Shown: positions 1-9,722, counted from the first letter of the stretch. The stretch is DNA of 56,855 nt from Patescibacteria group bacterium (GCA_049322575.1 JBMORQ010000024.1:1-56855); one strand, 5' to 3'. Made by a program: numbers and translations. Notes: generated from the letters alone by a model not told the origin.

Positions 1-80
1 CGAGATCGCTGACCTTTTTTATTTTAGCTAGCCAGAATTTATCAACCGTCTTCACCAAGTCCGAGTCCACCACACAATGG

Positions 81-273
81 CACTTCAGACTTGCTTGTTA
101 GTTGAATTAGAACGCAGATGCCCTGAACGAATATCGTAGTGAAAAACTGATTTTTTTGAACGAAAAGGGTTTTTTTGAGCGAAGTAGTAGCATAGCTACT
201 TCGAGCGAGAAAAAACCTTTGTAGTACTTAAAAGCAGTTTTGTAATAAAACTGTTATTTCACTACAAGTCTAT
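81..273 (+). repeat. Composite copy of the interspersed repeat family (inverted end modules, internal hairpins), just 3' of infB
   Basis: The right module GCAGTTTTGTAATAAAACTGTTATTTCACTACAAGTCTA lies at 234-272. GTAGTGAAA at 136-144 is the exact reverse complement of TTTCACTAC at 257-265. An internal 8-bp hairpin pairs CGAAGTAG (180-187) with CTACTTCG (196-203). By eye it is about 85-90% identical to 50221-50361. Confidence 0.8.
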
Positions 274-302
274 TGCCAAGACCAACCATAAACAAACTGA
301 TA

Positions 303-1790
303 TTAAAGTAACTCATCCTCTTTCTTATAAGCTACGATCAAGTCTCCCACTCGGAAATCTAAACTTTTGTTCTTGAAAGTCAAGCCTGCCTCGTTTTTGG
401 TTTTGACGACCAAGATGTCATCTTTGCCGTGCTTCATGCTTTTAACCACCGGGTTAGCAATAATTTCCTCACCGCGCTTGAGGTGAAACCAGTCATGTTT
501 CTTGAGTTCGCCGGTTTTTACTTTGATTCCAGCAATTCGCTCACCTTTCATCTCGAAAACCTGCACGATCTCACCTTCACCAGTAACCACTTCGTCGATG
601 GTAGGCTCCATTAACTTGAGCATTTGTTTTTGCAAATCTTCGATTAGGTGGTAGATAATGTCGTACTCTTTAATCCTGACGCCCTGACGCCTTGCCAGTT
701 CTTTAATTTGGCGAGATACCTTGATGTGAAAAGCGATAATCTTGGCACCAGACGTAGCAGCCAATTCAATGTCCTGTTCTGTGATGTTACCAACGCCTGC
801 AGCCAAGAGCTCAACACTTTCCGAATCAATGTTCTGCATCACTGCCTCTAAGGTACCCTTGACGTCGGTGCGAACAATTAGTTTGAGTTTTTCCTGGTCA
901 CTTAGCAAGGAATCAAAGTCTAGCTCACTAAGACTTGAGCCAAGTTCTCTCTCAGTATGAGTCGACTCAAGCTGTGATTCACCAACCTCGATTGAGGAAT
1001 AATCGGCGGCTGCATCCATCACAATCAATCCAACCTCCGGAACATCCTTCAAGCCAACAATTTCGGCTGGAGATCCGGGCCCAACTGATTCAAGCACCTC
1101 ACCACGTTCATTATTGAGAGCTCGAATTCTGCCTTCAACCTTATCTGCAAAAACATCTTGACGGACGCGTAAGGTTCCTTGCTTAACGATAACTCTAGCC
1201 AAGACTCCCTTACGATCATCTTTTGCTGATTCAATCACCACCGCTTTTAGAGGCGCGTCGGGATCTGCCTTAAGTTCAAGCATCTCCGTCATCAGCGCTA
1301 AGTTTTCAAGTAACTCATCAACGCCCTTACCGGTTTTTGCTGAAATCAAGACTGTATCAACTTCTCCACCGAAATCACGTACTAAAACCTCATGCTCGGC
1401 TAACTGGGCTTTGACGTCGTCGGGCCTGACACCTTCTATATCAGTTTTGTTTATTGCGACTATGAAAGGTACCTTACTTTCCTTAATGTATCTGATTGAT
1501 TCAATTGTCTGTGGTTTGACACCATCATTTGCCGCCACTACCAAGACTACAATGTCGGTAACCTTAGCGCCTCGCTGGCGCATCTTATTAAAGGCGGCGT
1601 GGCCGGGAGTATCGATAAAGGTGATTTTGCTACCTTGAAAGTCGATCTGATAAGCACCGATATGCTGTGTAATACCACCTGCCTCACGAGCCTGAACATT
1701 TGTCTTACGGATGTAATCCAAGAGCGAGGTTTTGCCATGATCAACATGACCCATAATGGTAATGATTGGTGGCCTGGTTTGTAAACTCAT
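303..1790 (-). CDS. infB: Translation initiation factor IF-2, short 495-aa form starting directly at the GTPase domain
   Basis: G-domain motifs GHVDHGKT, DTPGH and NKTD are followed by IF-2 C-terminal domains. It lies immediately downstream of nusA, as in the conserved nusA-infB operon. Confidence 0.95.
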   Translation of the reverse strand: MSLQTRPPIITIMGHVDHGKTSLLDYIRKTNVQAREAGGITQHIGAYQIDFQGSKITFIDTPGHAAFNKMRQRGAKVTDIVVLVVAANDGVKPQTIESIRYIKESKVPFIVAINKTDIEGVRPDDVKAQLAEHEVLVRDFGGEVDTVLISAKTGKGVDELLENLALMTEMLELKADPDAPLKAVVIESAKDDRKGVLARVIVKQGTLRVRQDVFADKVEGRIRALNNERGEVLESVGPGSPAEIVGLKDVPEVGLIVMDAAADYSSIEVGESQLESTHTERELGSSLSELDFDSLLSDQEKLKLIVRTDVKGTLEAVMQNIDSESVELLAAGVGNITEQDIELAATSGAKIIAFHIKVSRQIKELARRQGVRIKEYDIIYHLIEDLQKQMLKLMEPTIDEVVTGEGEIVQVFEMKGERIAGIKVKTGELKKHDWFHLKRGEEIIANPVVKSMKHGKDDILVVKTKNEAGLTFKNKSLDFRVGDLIVAYKKEDELL

Positions 1791-1835
1791 GTCGATTTCC
1801 TTTGCGTACTATGATGGCACTAGCCAAGAAATGAT

Positions 1836-3179
1836 TTAAACAGCTTCGGTGGCGGTTTCAAGCTCGGTTTTATCTCCGGATGAATCATCAACTGGTGCTT
1901 CACTGGCAACTGCTCTTTTTCTATCAAACGAAGCTTCGTGTTCAGCACGAGCCTTCTGCTCCTCTTCAACTTTAGCTTTAAGGATAGCTTTTTGCTCGTC
2001 GGACAAGTCGGCCATAGCCATCCATTTGTCCTGGAATCTTTCTAGGTCGTTGACGGTTGTTAATTTGTGTTCGATCAAGATAGTTCTTGATTCTGGAGTC
2101 AAACCTTTAAAAGTATCGATCTCGTATTCTTCAGAACCTGTAACTTTAGATTGAACCTGGCCTGAGGCAGACTTGATGGTAATTTGATAACCAGTCAATT
2201 TTGCGGCCAAACGCACGTTCTGGCCACCCTTGCCGATAGCTAACGACAGCTGATCATCTGGAGCGGTCACGGTGACCAAGCCGTTTTTATCATCAATTTC
2301 AATCTTGAGGTTCTCGGCTGGAGCCAAAGCACCTTGCAAGAAGGTCTTCTGATCCTCGGTGTGAGGAATAATATCGATTTTCTCGTTGTTTAGCTCCTCG
2401 ATGACTTTTTGCACACGCACGCCGCGTTGACCAACACACGAACCGACTGGATCAACTCCATCTTGAGTAGAACGAACCGAGAGCTTGGTGCGCACACCGG
2501 CCTCACGAGCAATTCTCACGATCTCAACTGCACCAGAAGCAACTTCTGGAACTTCGCGGGCAAAAAGTTTGCTTACCAATGAAGAATCAGCTCTGGAAAC
2601 GATCACTACGTCGCCTTTGTGAGTCTGGCGAATTTCTTTGATCAGAACAGCCATGCGCTGGTTAAGGCGATAAAACTCACCACGCATCTGTTCTTCTGGT
2701 GGCATCCAGGCGTAACCACGGCCAATGTCGACAATCACAATGCGGCCATTCATGCGCAAAACTTGACCGGTCACAACTTCTCCAATTCTATCCTGGAAAT
2801 CAGAAATTATCTGATCTTTCTCTGACTGGCGGATTTTCTGCAAAATCACCTGCTTGGCAGTCTGGGCAGCAATACGACCAAACCCAGCTGGAGTTACGTC
2901 GACGGCCTTGGTTTCGTCCCACTTGGTGATTTCGCCGGTTTCTTCATCATGCTCCAAGGCTGGACATTGCATGATGCGAGCCTCGCCGGTATCGTGATTT
3001 AAGTCGACAAAATAATAATATTCGTTAGTCTCGGTCTCGCTCTGTTTGCGATAGGCAGAGACTAAGGCTTGAGAAATAGCATCGTAGATTGATTCAACGG
3101 GGATTTTTCTCTCGGTTGCAATTTGCTGAATGGCTGCTGCAAACTCTGTGCGAATCACATTGCTGTTGGTGTTTGACAT
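1836..3179 (-). CDS. nusA: Transcription termination/antitermination factor NusA
   Basis: A 447-aa ORF with the NusA N-terminal domain, an S1-like region and tandem KH regions (GxxG: IGKGGQNVRLA), plus an acidic C-terminal tail. It sits upstream of infB. Confidence 0.95.
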   Translation of the reverse strand: MSNTNSNVIRTEFAAAIQQIATERKIPVESIYDAISQALVSAYRKQSETETNEYYYFVDLNHDTGEARIMQCPALEHDEETGEITKWDETKAVDVTPAGFGRIAAQTAKQVILQKIRQSEKDQIISDFQDRIGEVVTGQVLRMNGRIVIVDIGRGYAWMPPEEQMRGEFYRLNQRMAVLIKEIRQTHKGDVVIVSRADSSLVSKLFAREVPEVASGAVEIVRIAREAGVRTKLSVRSTQDGVDPVGSCVGQRGVRVQKVIEELNNEKIDIIPHTEDQKTFLQGALAPAENLKIEIDDKNGLVTVTAPDDQLSLAIGKGGQNVRLAAKLTGYQITIKSASGQVQSKVTGSEEYEIDTFKGLTPESRTILIEHKLTTVNDLERFQDKWMAMADLSDEQKAILKAKVEEEQKARAEHEASFDRKRAVASEAPVDDSSGDKTELETATEAV

Positions 3180-3220
3180 AGTTTTTCCTTTTCTTTGTTT
3201 TGCTTGATTTTAAGCTAAAT

Positions 3221-3248
3221 AACTGGCAAATGTGCCAGTTTAATTTTT
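3221..3248. terminator. Perfect 8-bp hairpin with a T-rich tail between dnaJ and nusA
   Basis: AACTGGCA-aatg-TGCCAGTT is followed by TAATTTTT on the plus strand and by ATTTAGCTT on the minus strand. Both flanking genes are on the minus strand, so its function as the dnaJ terminator is uncertain. Confidence 0.4.
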
Positions 3249-3400
3249 GGTTTAAACGTGGCCTAATAGAAAAAAAGACGTGCTCTCGTCAAGCCCGTCC
3301 TTATTCATCAAACCAGGAGTATTATAACATGGAATCTGGAGAAAAGTAGGCTACCTGCACCATATTTTTTTCAATCGGTTTCCGATTACTCTTAAACAAA

Positions 3401-4357
3401 CTAACCATCGTTCTCTCGCAACTCCTCCAAAATCCGCTTTTGCTCGCGGCTGAGTTTCTCCGGCACCTCGACAATCAAGCGAACATAAAGATCACCCTTA
3501 CCTTTTTGCTGCAAACGCTGCACACCTTCGTCGCGCAAGCGCACCAGGGAGTGGCTCTGAGTACCCGGACGCACCTTCATGCGCAATTTGCCAGTGAGAG
3601 TTGGGACCTCGATCTCGCCTCCCAAAGCGGCAGTGGTAAAAGAGATGGGCTGATCGACAAAAATATCGTAACCATCGCGCTTAAAACGCTTGTCTGGCAT
3701 GACATCGATGGTGATATCAAAGTTTTCGTAGCGAATTCGAGTACCATCATTTGCACCTGCTGGAACCTTGATTTTGTGTTTTTTGCCATCGATAGTGACC
3801 TCTTTGGTGGTACCCAGAGCTGCATCAAGAAATTCTACCTGCAACGAGTAGCGCGGACGCCTAGCAGCTCGACCAAAACCTCCCATTCCACCGCCAAAAA
3901 TCGATTCAAAAATCTCGAATGGATCAGAAAAGTCAAAGTCACCCTGGCCTGCCTGGCCACCCTGACCGCCAAAACCACCGGGACCAGAGGTATACGTCCA
4001 GGTGAAAGGGCCATTTTGAAACCCACCTGCACCGCCAAAGGGGTTGCCGCCTGCAAAGGGATTGCCGCCAAAACCACCAGAAAAGGGGCCACCAGCACCA
4101 CCCATTCCAGAGGCTGGATCAAAGGCCGCGTGTCCAAATTGATCGTAGGCCGCGCGCTTTTGTTTGTCGGAAAGAATTTGATATGCCTGGTTGATTTCCT
4201 TGAATTTTTCCTCGGCTTCTTTTTTGCTTTCCGGGCTCTTGGAGTGCCGATCTGGGTGCCACTTCAAGGCCATTTTCTTGTAAGCAGACTTGAGTTCGGC
4301 CTCGCTGGCCGATTTGTTGACTCCTAGGACTTCGTAAAAATCGCGTTTGGTTGGCAT
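3401..4357 (-). CDS. dnaJ: J-domain co-chaperone, class B (DnaJ/CbpA-like): J domain, long G/F-rich region and C-terminal substrate-binding domains, with no zinc-finger domain
   Basis: It contains [10 protein letters not shown]...HPDR (HPD motif), a Gly/Phe-rich stretch and a DnaJ C-terminal domain, but no CxxCxGxG repeats and no Cys at all in that region. The ORF extends to 4408, but [13 protein letters not shown] (ATG at 4357) is the typical N-terminus. Confidence 0.85.
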   Translation of the reverse strand: MPTKRDFYEVLGVNKSASEAELKSAYKKMALKWHPDRHSKSPESKKEAEEKFKEINQAYQILSDKQKRAAYDQFGHAAFDPASGMGGAGGPFSGGFGGNPFAGGNPFGGAGGFQNGPFTWTYTSGPGGFGGQGGQAGQGDFDFSDPFEIFESIFGGGMGGFGRAARRPRYSLQVEFLDAALGTTKEVTIDGKKHKIKVPAGANDGTRIRYENFDITIDVMPDKRFKRDGYDIFVDQPISFTTAALGGEIEVPTLTGKLRMKVRPGTQSHSLVRLRDEGVQRLQQKGKGDLYVRLIVEVPEKLSREQKRILEELRENDG

Positions 4358-4432
4358 AGGTTTAGTTGGACAAAACTTTTTTGATTTTAGGTGACTACAG
4401 GCAGCCATTTTAGCAAGAAAGTGAGCTGGTGT

Positions 4433-4459
4433 TAAGCAGAGGAAGAGGAGGAGTGCTAA
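4433..4459 (-). promoter_or_regulatory. CIRCE-like operator upstream of dnaJ (one perfect arm, one degenerate arm)
   Basis: The minus strand reads TTAGCACTC-ctcctcttc-CTCTGCTTA. The left arm matches the CIRCE consensus TTAGCACTC-N9-GAGTGCTAA exactly and the spacer is 9 nt. The right arm matches only 5/9. Confidence 0.45.
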
Positions 4460-4477
4460 AAATGGTTAGGTTTATGG

Positions 4478-6262
4478 TTAGGTTTGAGGATGATAATGAT
4501 CATGAATAATTTTTCTTCCCAATTCTTCAATCTCACTTTTTCCTACGTTTGAGCGCGGATCTATTGACATGTCATGAATGCAGTGATCATCAAATCCAAG
4601 CAGCTTTCCTTCGTCGCTACTTGGAACATCTGCTTTTCCTATTCCATGCTCTCTTTGGAATCTCAAGACTGCCTCTGTCGGATCGCCATCATAATACACA
4701 ATGTGTTTAGGTCTCTGATTTTCGTGGGTAGAGAAATAGTCTTCCCAATATTGCTCAGCAGAAACAGTATTTTCGGCTCTTTTATACTTAACTATATTGA
4801 CCTCGTTAATAATTTTGATGGCATGCTCACGATCAATCGTAGGTGAATAGTACATTGCACCGATAATCGCCGACGCAAGTGACATACTGTCATCTGGGTG
4901 AACACCAATTTCTATAAGAGTATCGGAAAAGCTTTGATGCAAATCCATTAAAACCGACTGTCTCTCAAGGTAGTTTTTTTGCTCATCCAAAGCATGAAAT
5001 TGCTCATAAAGCTTAGACCCGGGTTGAATTCCTTCACAAAAATCAATAATCTTACCAACCAATTGACCATCTTCAACCATCACTCTTTTCTGCTCGCCAT
5101 CAATGGTAGCAATTTGGGAGAGATACTTTGAACCAGTTTCCCTATCAACCTGTGTACTTTTGGGCAAGAAAACAATACCAGCATTCAAATTTATTCCATT
5201 TTGTTCGTTACTTGGCCAAACAAACACGTCGTTCCATTTCAATTCGCTCTGAGCATTTGTCAGGGTTTCTTCAGAACCATTAAAAGCAAAATTGTGTTGG
5301 GATACAATAACGTCAGTTGGAAAAACAAAAAAAGCTTCGTTATTTCTCTCACCACCATAATGACTATCAACAACTGCTTCTGACGCAAAGTGCACTGCGG
5401 TTTTGTCTGGGTACTTTGGTGCTTTAGCTATGGAATAGTTTAAAAGATCGTCAAATGCATCATATGCCGCACTTTCGTCACCCTGAAAAACCAAACTCCC
5501 CATCCACTCCTTAACAGATTCCTCGCTGACAGTTTGTAATGGTCCAATTCTGAGAGGCGGCAATAACATTTGTTCTTGGGCGCTAGCAATAGCAGTAAAC
5601 CCGCTGTGATACTCATTGAAACCACCCTCGTGATAAGACATCGCATTATGATCTCTAAAACCTTGTCTTGTAACGTGAGATAAAAAATGTGGGTTTAGTT
5701 TTTTCCACAGCTGAATATATTGCTCCATGCTAAGTTGAGAAAGAGCTTCATGTTTTAATAGATCACGCTTTTGCTCGTTAGATAATGGAATATTTTCGAT
5801 TTCACTATAGTGTTTTTCAACAATACCTCTTGGATCGGCCAAATGATTCAATGCGTTTTCTAGAGTCTCAATAGTCGCTCCAAGTTGATGGATAGACGAC
5901 TGTAATTCATCCGCCTGTTTTTCTAAAGTATCTGTCTCCAGCTGCAATAAAGCAGTTTTTTTATCAGTGAATCCAAACTTCTCTGCAATTTTGAAACGAA
6001 GCTGATCACTCCTGGACGAAAGTGACTGTCTTTTTTCTGTTAACAGACCTCTTAAATCATCTAACTGACCAAGCAAATCACCCAGCCTCTGCCTTAGCAC
6101 TGTCGTTTCATTAGCAATCTTGTCTCTTTGTTGCCTAAGATCTATTACCTGACGGGCAGTTTCAGCTCTTTTATGAGGCTCGACATTCTTCGAAACAAGC
6201 CTCGCATCTAAATGCTGATTTAAACTGTTTTCCGTCATGTCAAATGCTTTATGTTGATACAA
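4478..6262 (-). CDS. Hypothetical protein, 594 aa, with an N-terminal coiled coil (about 150 aa) and a large uncharacterised globular region
   Basis: A long uninterrupted ORF in the same orientation as its neighbours, with a heptad-like Q/L/E/R-rich N-terminus. I recognise no family motif. Confidence 0.7.
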   Translation of the reverse strand: MYQHKAFDMTENSLNQHLDARLVSKNVEPHKRAETARQVIDLRQQRDKIANETTVLRQRLGDLLGQLDDLRGLLTEKRQSLSSRSDQLRFKIAEKFGFTDKKTALLQLETDTLEKQADELQSSIHQLGATIETLENALNHLADPRGIVEKHYSEIENIPLSNEQKRDLLKHEALSQLSMEQYIQLWKKLNPHFLSHVTRQGFRDHNAMSYHEGGFNEYHSGFTAIASAQEQMLLPPLRIGPLQTVSEESVKEWMGSLVFQGDESAAYDAFDDLLNYSIAKAPKYPDKTAVHFASEAVVDSHYGGERNNEAFFVFPTDVIVSQHNFAFNGSEETLTNAQSELKWNDVFVWPSNEQNGINLNAGIVFLPKSTQVDRETGSKYLSQIATIDGEQKRVMVEDGQLVGKIIDFCEGIQPGSKLYEQFHALDEQKNYLERQSVLMDLHQSFSDTLIEIGVHPDDSMSLASAIIGAMYYSPTIDREHAIKIINEVNIVKYKRAENTVSAEQYWEDYFSTHENQRPKHIVYYDGDPTEAVLRFQREHGIGKADVPSSDEGKLLGFDDHCIHDMSIDPRSNVGKSEIEELGRKIIHDHYHPQT

Positions 6263-6305
6263 ATATCATGATATCACGATCTGTTTCAATAAAGATGTGT
6301 TTCGT

Positions 6306-8774
6306 TCAATACTCAACAGCCACCTTGTTCTCTCCTTGCCCCAACCCCTCAATGCATCTCATGCCGCCGCAGTTTTTTATCTCAACTTCGCGTCCGTTCA
6401 CCCATGCGCGCCAGTGTTTATCATAGCGATCTGCCACCACCAACTGCGAATAACCACCGGGGTTATCAAAAACTATCTCAATTTTGTTGGGTGTTTCGGT
6501 TAATTTGAAGATGGTTGGTTCAACCCAAATATCATGGCCAGCATTAGCGTCATTAGCGGCATTGACATCATCAGCAGCATTAGCAACATTTGAACTGTTT
6601 GAACCATTAACCAACCTAAATCTCGGTTTGGCTCCAGCCAACTCATACAGCTTCCAATCACCTTCCTCGGCCAACAGTTTTAATCCAGACAAATCCTCTC
6701 GCACCTCATACCAACTGTCCACCAGATAGTATCGGACGGACCACTCGGCGAGCAGGGGGTTGGACAACTCAACTTGGTCAATAAAATTAATTCTCGCGCC
6801 GGCTTGGTCGGCTGAATTTTTGGGCGAACCATTATTGCTTTCAGTACCAACCTCCTGCGCAGCCAAGCTCCAAATCTGGGCATAATCTCTTGGTAGCAAA
6901 GTGGTATAGCCATGCACCATGGGAACACCAACCATCTGGCCAAAACCGCCGCTTCCTCCCACCTTCATCGCCATATTCCAGTCTGGGGTTAAACCATCCC
7001 GCAACCGCGCTAGACCAGCCCCGCTCGTCAACTCCGCCTTGTCCACATACGAATCACTAAACGGCGCTCGCACCACCATCGATTCCCAGTGCGTGCCATA
7101 GTCGGTGTAGGGCCGGTTGGAGTTACGAGTCAACCAACGATACTGGGGATTGATGTATTGGGAAAAAGCCTCCGGAAACTTGGGCAACTTATATAAAGAG
7201 TTTGGCCCAAAAAACAATAAACCTTGGGTGCTATAAACCAATTCCCAACCTAGAATCAATATCAAAACCAGATAATGTTTGCGGTTCCACAGCCACAGAG
7301 CTACAACAAAAAAAGCACTGGCGATCAGCAAATTATCTGTAATCATCCGGCCAATCAGCCAATCTCGCTCCAAAGTATGAAAACTACTGTGACTCAACCA
7401 ACCCGCCAACATGCTATCAGCTCCAGTCCAGATTTGTGGAAACCAAAAAGCCACTATCAACCATAGTGATACGGCCACAACTAGTAAACCACCAACCAAC
7501 CACCAACAAGTTTTTTTAAGTTCAAAAACCACATGGCTGGCTATCAAATCTCGCCAAGCCTTTGCCACCAGCAGTACCAGTAGTAAATTTGTCACTATCA
7601 TGACCATGCTCGGATAGCGGCCAACACGAAACAAAGGAATTAAGCCCTGGATCAAACCAAAAAAAGGGAGACGCTCGCCAAGGGAAAATAGCAACGTCCC
7701 CACCACCACCAACACCACCAACCAATCCCGCCAGGATTTTTGCTTGATAAATGAGGAAATTTTCTTTGCCAAACCGCCATGTGTCGCTTTTCCAGCCATA
7801 AACCACCAACCTAAAACCAACAACCCGAACCACGTAACATAAATTCCCACATTAGGTTGGCCGCTCCAGGCTGGGCCCCACTTGATTCCTCCCGCAGGAT
7901 TATCGAAAAAATATGGCATTATGGTCTTTATTAACATGGCTGGATGAAGTGAACCAACCATAGCCTGGTCCGCCGACTGCTCCATCCGGGTGGAATTTAA
8001 GAAAGCTTCAACAAACGGCAACCAAGCAAAGGCCGACAAGATCAAGCTCATTAAACCGGCTACCGACCAGCGATACAACCACGGCCACCAACCGATTTCT
8101 CGTCGGCTATGAACAAAAGAAGCCACCACCGCTGCCATCACAGAAAAAATCATGTGTTGGGGATAGCCAGCTAAAAACTGCAGGCTAATTAAAAAAGCCA
8201 GCAAGAACGCGCGCCACAACCAGTTTTTTACCCGCATTTCTCGAGTTTCTTGCCCAATCCGCGACTCAACTAACACCAACCCGCCCCAAACCACCCAAGG
8301 TAACCAACTCAACGCCTGCAATGTAGAAAAGTTATTAATGCTGCCAGTTATCTGTGTCGAGAAGGCCCACAAAACTGCCGCCAATAAGGCTGCCCTCCAA
8401 TCTCGCAATAATTTTCTGGCCAGAAACCACATCCCCCAAAAAGTCAAAAAAAGGTGCTGAATCAAGTTTAAATTGAGAGCCACCACCGGCGGAAAAACTA
8501 CAAATAAAAAGGTGGAAAAATAAAAAACTGACTGGTTATTGTCTGCCACCCAGGGAATGCCTCCCAAAATTGTCGGGTTCCATCGCGGCAAAATGCCCTG
8601 GCGTAACCACTCTGCTGTGAAGATTTTTCCCGGCACCATCAAGGAATAATTGTCACCAAAAATCGGCGACCTACCAAAAAAAACTGGATGGAAACGAAGA
8701 GAGAGTAGAATAAAAAGGATTAGCCAGGATAAAGGAATGGCGTTTCGCAGTAGAAGTCTTGATTTTGAAAACAT
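6306..8774 (-). CDS. YfhO-like GT-C family membrane glycosyltransferase (polytopic N-terminal part, extracytoplasmic C-terminal domain)
   Basis: The N-terminus carries the YfhO-type signature (...FGDNYSLMVPGKIFTAEWLRQGILPRWNPTILGGIPW...) followed by more than 10 predicted TM helices. The ORF opens at 8786 (TTG) and the first ATG is at 8774. It lies adjacent to a CsbB-like GT2. Confidence 0.75.
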   Translation of the reverse strand: MFSKSRLLLRNAIPLSWLILFILLSLRFHPVFFGRSPIFGDNYSLMVPGKIFTAEWLRQGILPRWNPTILGGIPWVADNNQSVFYFSTFLFVVFPPVVALNLNLIQHLFLTFWGMWFLARKLLRDWRAALLAAVLWAFSTQITGSINNFSTLQALSWLPWVVWGGLVLVESRIGQETREMRVKNWLWRAFLLAFLISLQFLAGYPQHMIFSVMAAVVASFVHSRREIGWWPWLYRWSVAGLMSLILSAFAWLPFVEAFLNSTRMEQSADQAMVGSLHPAMLIKTIMPYFFDNPAGGIKWGPAWSGQPNVGIYVTWFGLLVLGWWFMAGKATHGGLAKKISSFIKQKSWRDWLVVLVVVGTLLFSLGERLPFFGLIQGLIPLFRVGRYPSMVMIVTNLLLVLLVAKAWRDLIASHVVFELKKTCWWLVGGLLVVAVSLWLIVAFWFPQIWTGADSMLAGWLSHSSFHTLERDWLIGRMITDNLLIASAFFVVALWLWNRKHYLVLILILGWELVYSTQGLLFFGPNSLYKLPKFPEAFSQYINPQYRWLTRNSNRPYTDYGTHWESMVVRAPFSDSYVDKAELTSGAGLARLRDGLTPDWNMAMKVGGSGGFGQMVGVPMVHGYTTLLPRDYAQIWSLAAQEVGTESNNGSPKNSADQAGARINFIDQVELSNPLLAEWSVRYYLVDSWYEVREDLSGLKLLAEEGDWKLYELAGAKPRFRLVNGSNSSNVANAADDVNAANDANAGHDIWVEPTIFKLTETPNKIEIVFDNPGGYSQLVVADRYDKHWRAWVNGREVEIKNCGGMRCIEGLGQGENKVAVEY

Positions 8775-8810
8775 AAATAATTGCAATATTTCAGTTTAGC
8801 TTAAAATTTG

Positions 8811-8842
8811 CATTCGTGTGAAATATGATTTTGTAACGACAG
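8811..8842 (-). repeat. Single copy of the interspersed repeat family, upstream of the YfhO-like gene
   Basis: CATTCGTGTGAAATATGATTTTGTAACGAC matches the left module of the composite copies (compare 37068-37100, TAGACTTCCCGCGAAATATGATTTTGTAG). Confidence 0.6.
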
Positions 8843-8873
8843 GCGGATCCATCTGAGACAAAACCGCAGGACC

Positions 8874-9575
8874 TCAGATCCAGACTTTGAAAATCATCCG
8901 CAGCGCTGCAAAACCATCTTTCCAGGTGATTTTCTTGCCCTCGGTAAAATCTCGACCCACATAGCTAATCGGCACCTCAAAAATCTTAATGCCTCGGCGC
9001 AAGACTTTGCAGGTAATCTCTGGCTCTAACTCAAAAGAATTGGCTCGTAAATCCAACTGACGCATCAGGCCTGTGGGCAGTACCTTGTAGCAAGTTTCCA
9101 TATCAGAAAGAGTGGTATCAAATAAAATATTTACGACAAAATTCAAAAACTCATTCCCGGCCCGGTGCCAAAATAACAAATTAGAGTGAGGACCCAAAAA
9201 CCTCGAGCCATAGACGACCTCAACCCGTCCTTTTTCAAGCGGCTCCAACAAACTAGGAATGTCGTCTGGATCGTACTCCAAGTCAGCATCTTGAATTAAC
9301 ACATGACTACCGGTAACTTTCTTTAAACCGAAACGAACAGCGCTGCCTTTTCCACCATTCTCTTTATGATAAATCTCGACTTTTTTACTAAAAACTTTGG
9401 GCAATTTTTCTAAGGTTCTTTTGGCGAGTTTGAGCGAGTCATCTGTTGAGCCGTCATCCACGATCACCACCTGGTGGATTACCTTTGACTGTTTTGCCAA
9501 ACGACCGATTATCCCGCCGATAGTCTGACTTTCGTTGTACAGCGGCACGATTAGAGAAAGGCTGAGTTTTGACAT
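8874..9575 (-). CDS. GT2 family glycosyltransferase, polyprenyl-phosphate sugar synthase type (CsbB/GtrB/DPM1-like)
   Basis: It contains LSLIVPLYNE, VDDGSTD and a DAD(L) motif (IQDADLEYDP), typical of GT-A fold GT2 enzymes. The likely start is the ATG at 9575 (MSKLSLSLIVP); the ORF extends to 9719. Confidence 0.85.
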   Translation of the reverse strand: MSKLSLSLIVPLYNESQTIGGIIGRLAKQSKVIHQVVIVDDGSTDDSLKLAKRTLEKLPKVFSKKVEIYHKENGGKGSAVRFGLKKVTGSHVLIQDADLEYDPDDIPSLLEPLEKGRVEVVYGSRFLGPHSNLLFWHRAGNEFLNFVVNILFDTTLSDMETCYKVLPTGLMRQLDLRANSFELEPEITCKVLRRGIKIFEVPISYVGRDFTEGKKITWKDGFAALRMIFKVWI

Positions 9576-9722
9576 CAACAAGACAATATCATATTTTGCA
9601 ATAGAATGTGCAGAAATCTTTCTAGATAGCGATACAAATTGCCAAAGAGGTGTGGTTTCCCGAATGTATCGTACGTACCTGGGTTTTTGGGATTTCACCT
9701 TGCCTGGCAGATTACACAAACC

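Noticed and set aside
234-272. Repeat motif as a multi-copy Xer/dif-like recombination site (inner ATAA...TTAT palindrome with a 5-nt centre), given the nearby XerC/D-like gene
   Set aside because: The central spacer is 5 nt rather than the 6-8 nt of known dif or pdif sites. The outer arms do not resemble XerC or XerD arms beyond the short inner palindrome. With about 16 copies per 57 kb it cannot be a chromosomal dif. It is kept only as a remote alternative to test if a recombinase-binding assay is ever done.
3440-4327. Long antisense ORFs in the track (for example 3440-4327 +, 15493-15933 +, 17851-18513 +, 22570-23061 -, 33666-34052 +, 44254-44733 -, 45261-45668 -)
   Set aside because: Each lies entirely inside, and antisense to or out of frame with, a gene that has strong family signatures (dnaJ, GT4, exonuclease, ftsH, groEL, membrane protein, cmk). 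Their translations are low-complexity or Ser/Leu/Arg-rich shadow ORFs.
4462-4485. 12-nt perfect tandem repeat (ATGGTTAGGTTT x2) as a regulatory element for dnaJ
   Set aside because: It spans the stop codon of the upstream 594-aa ORF and shows no promoter-like hexamers. It is most simply a slippage duplication, so it is noted only under the orphan-gene finding.
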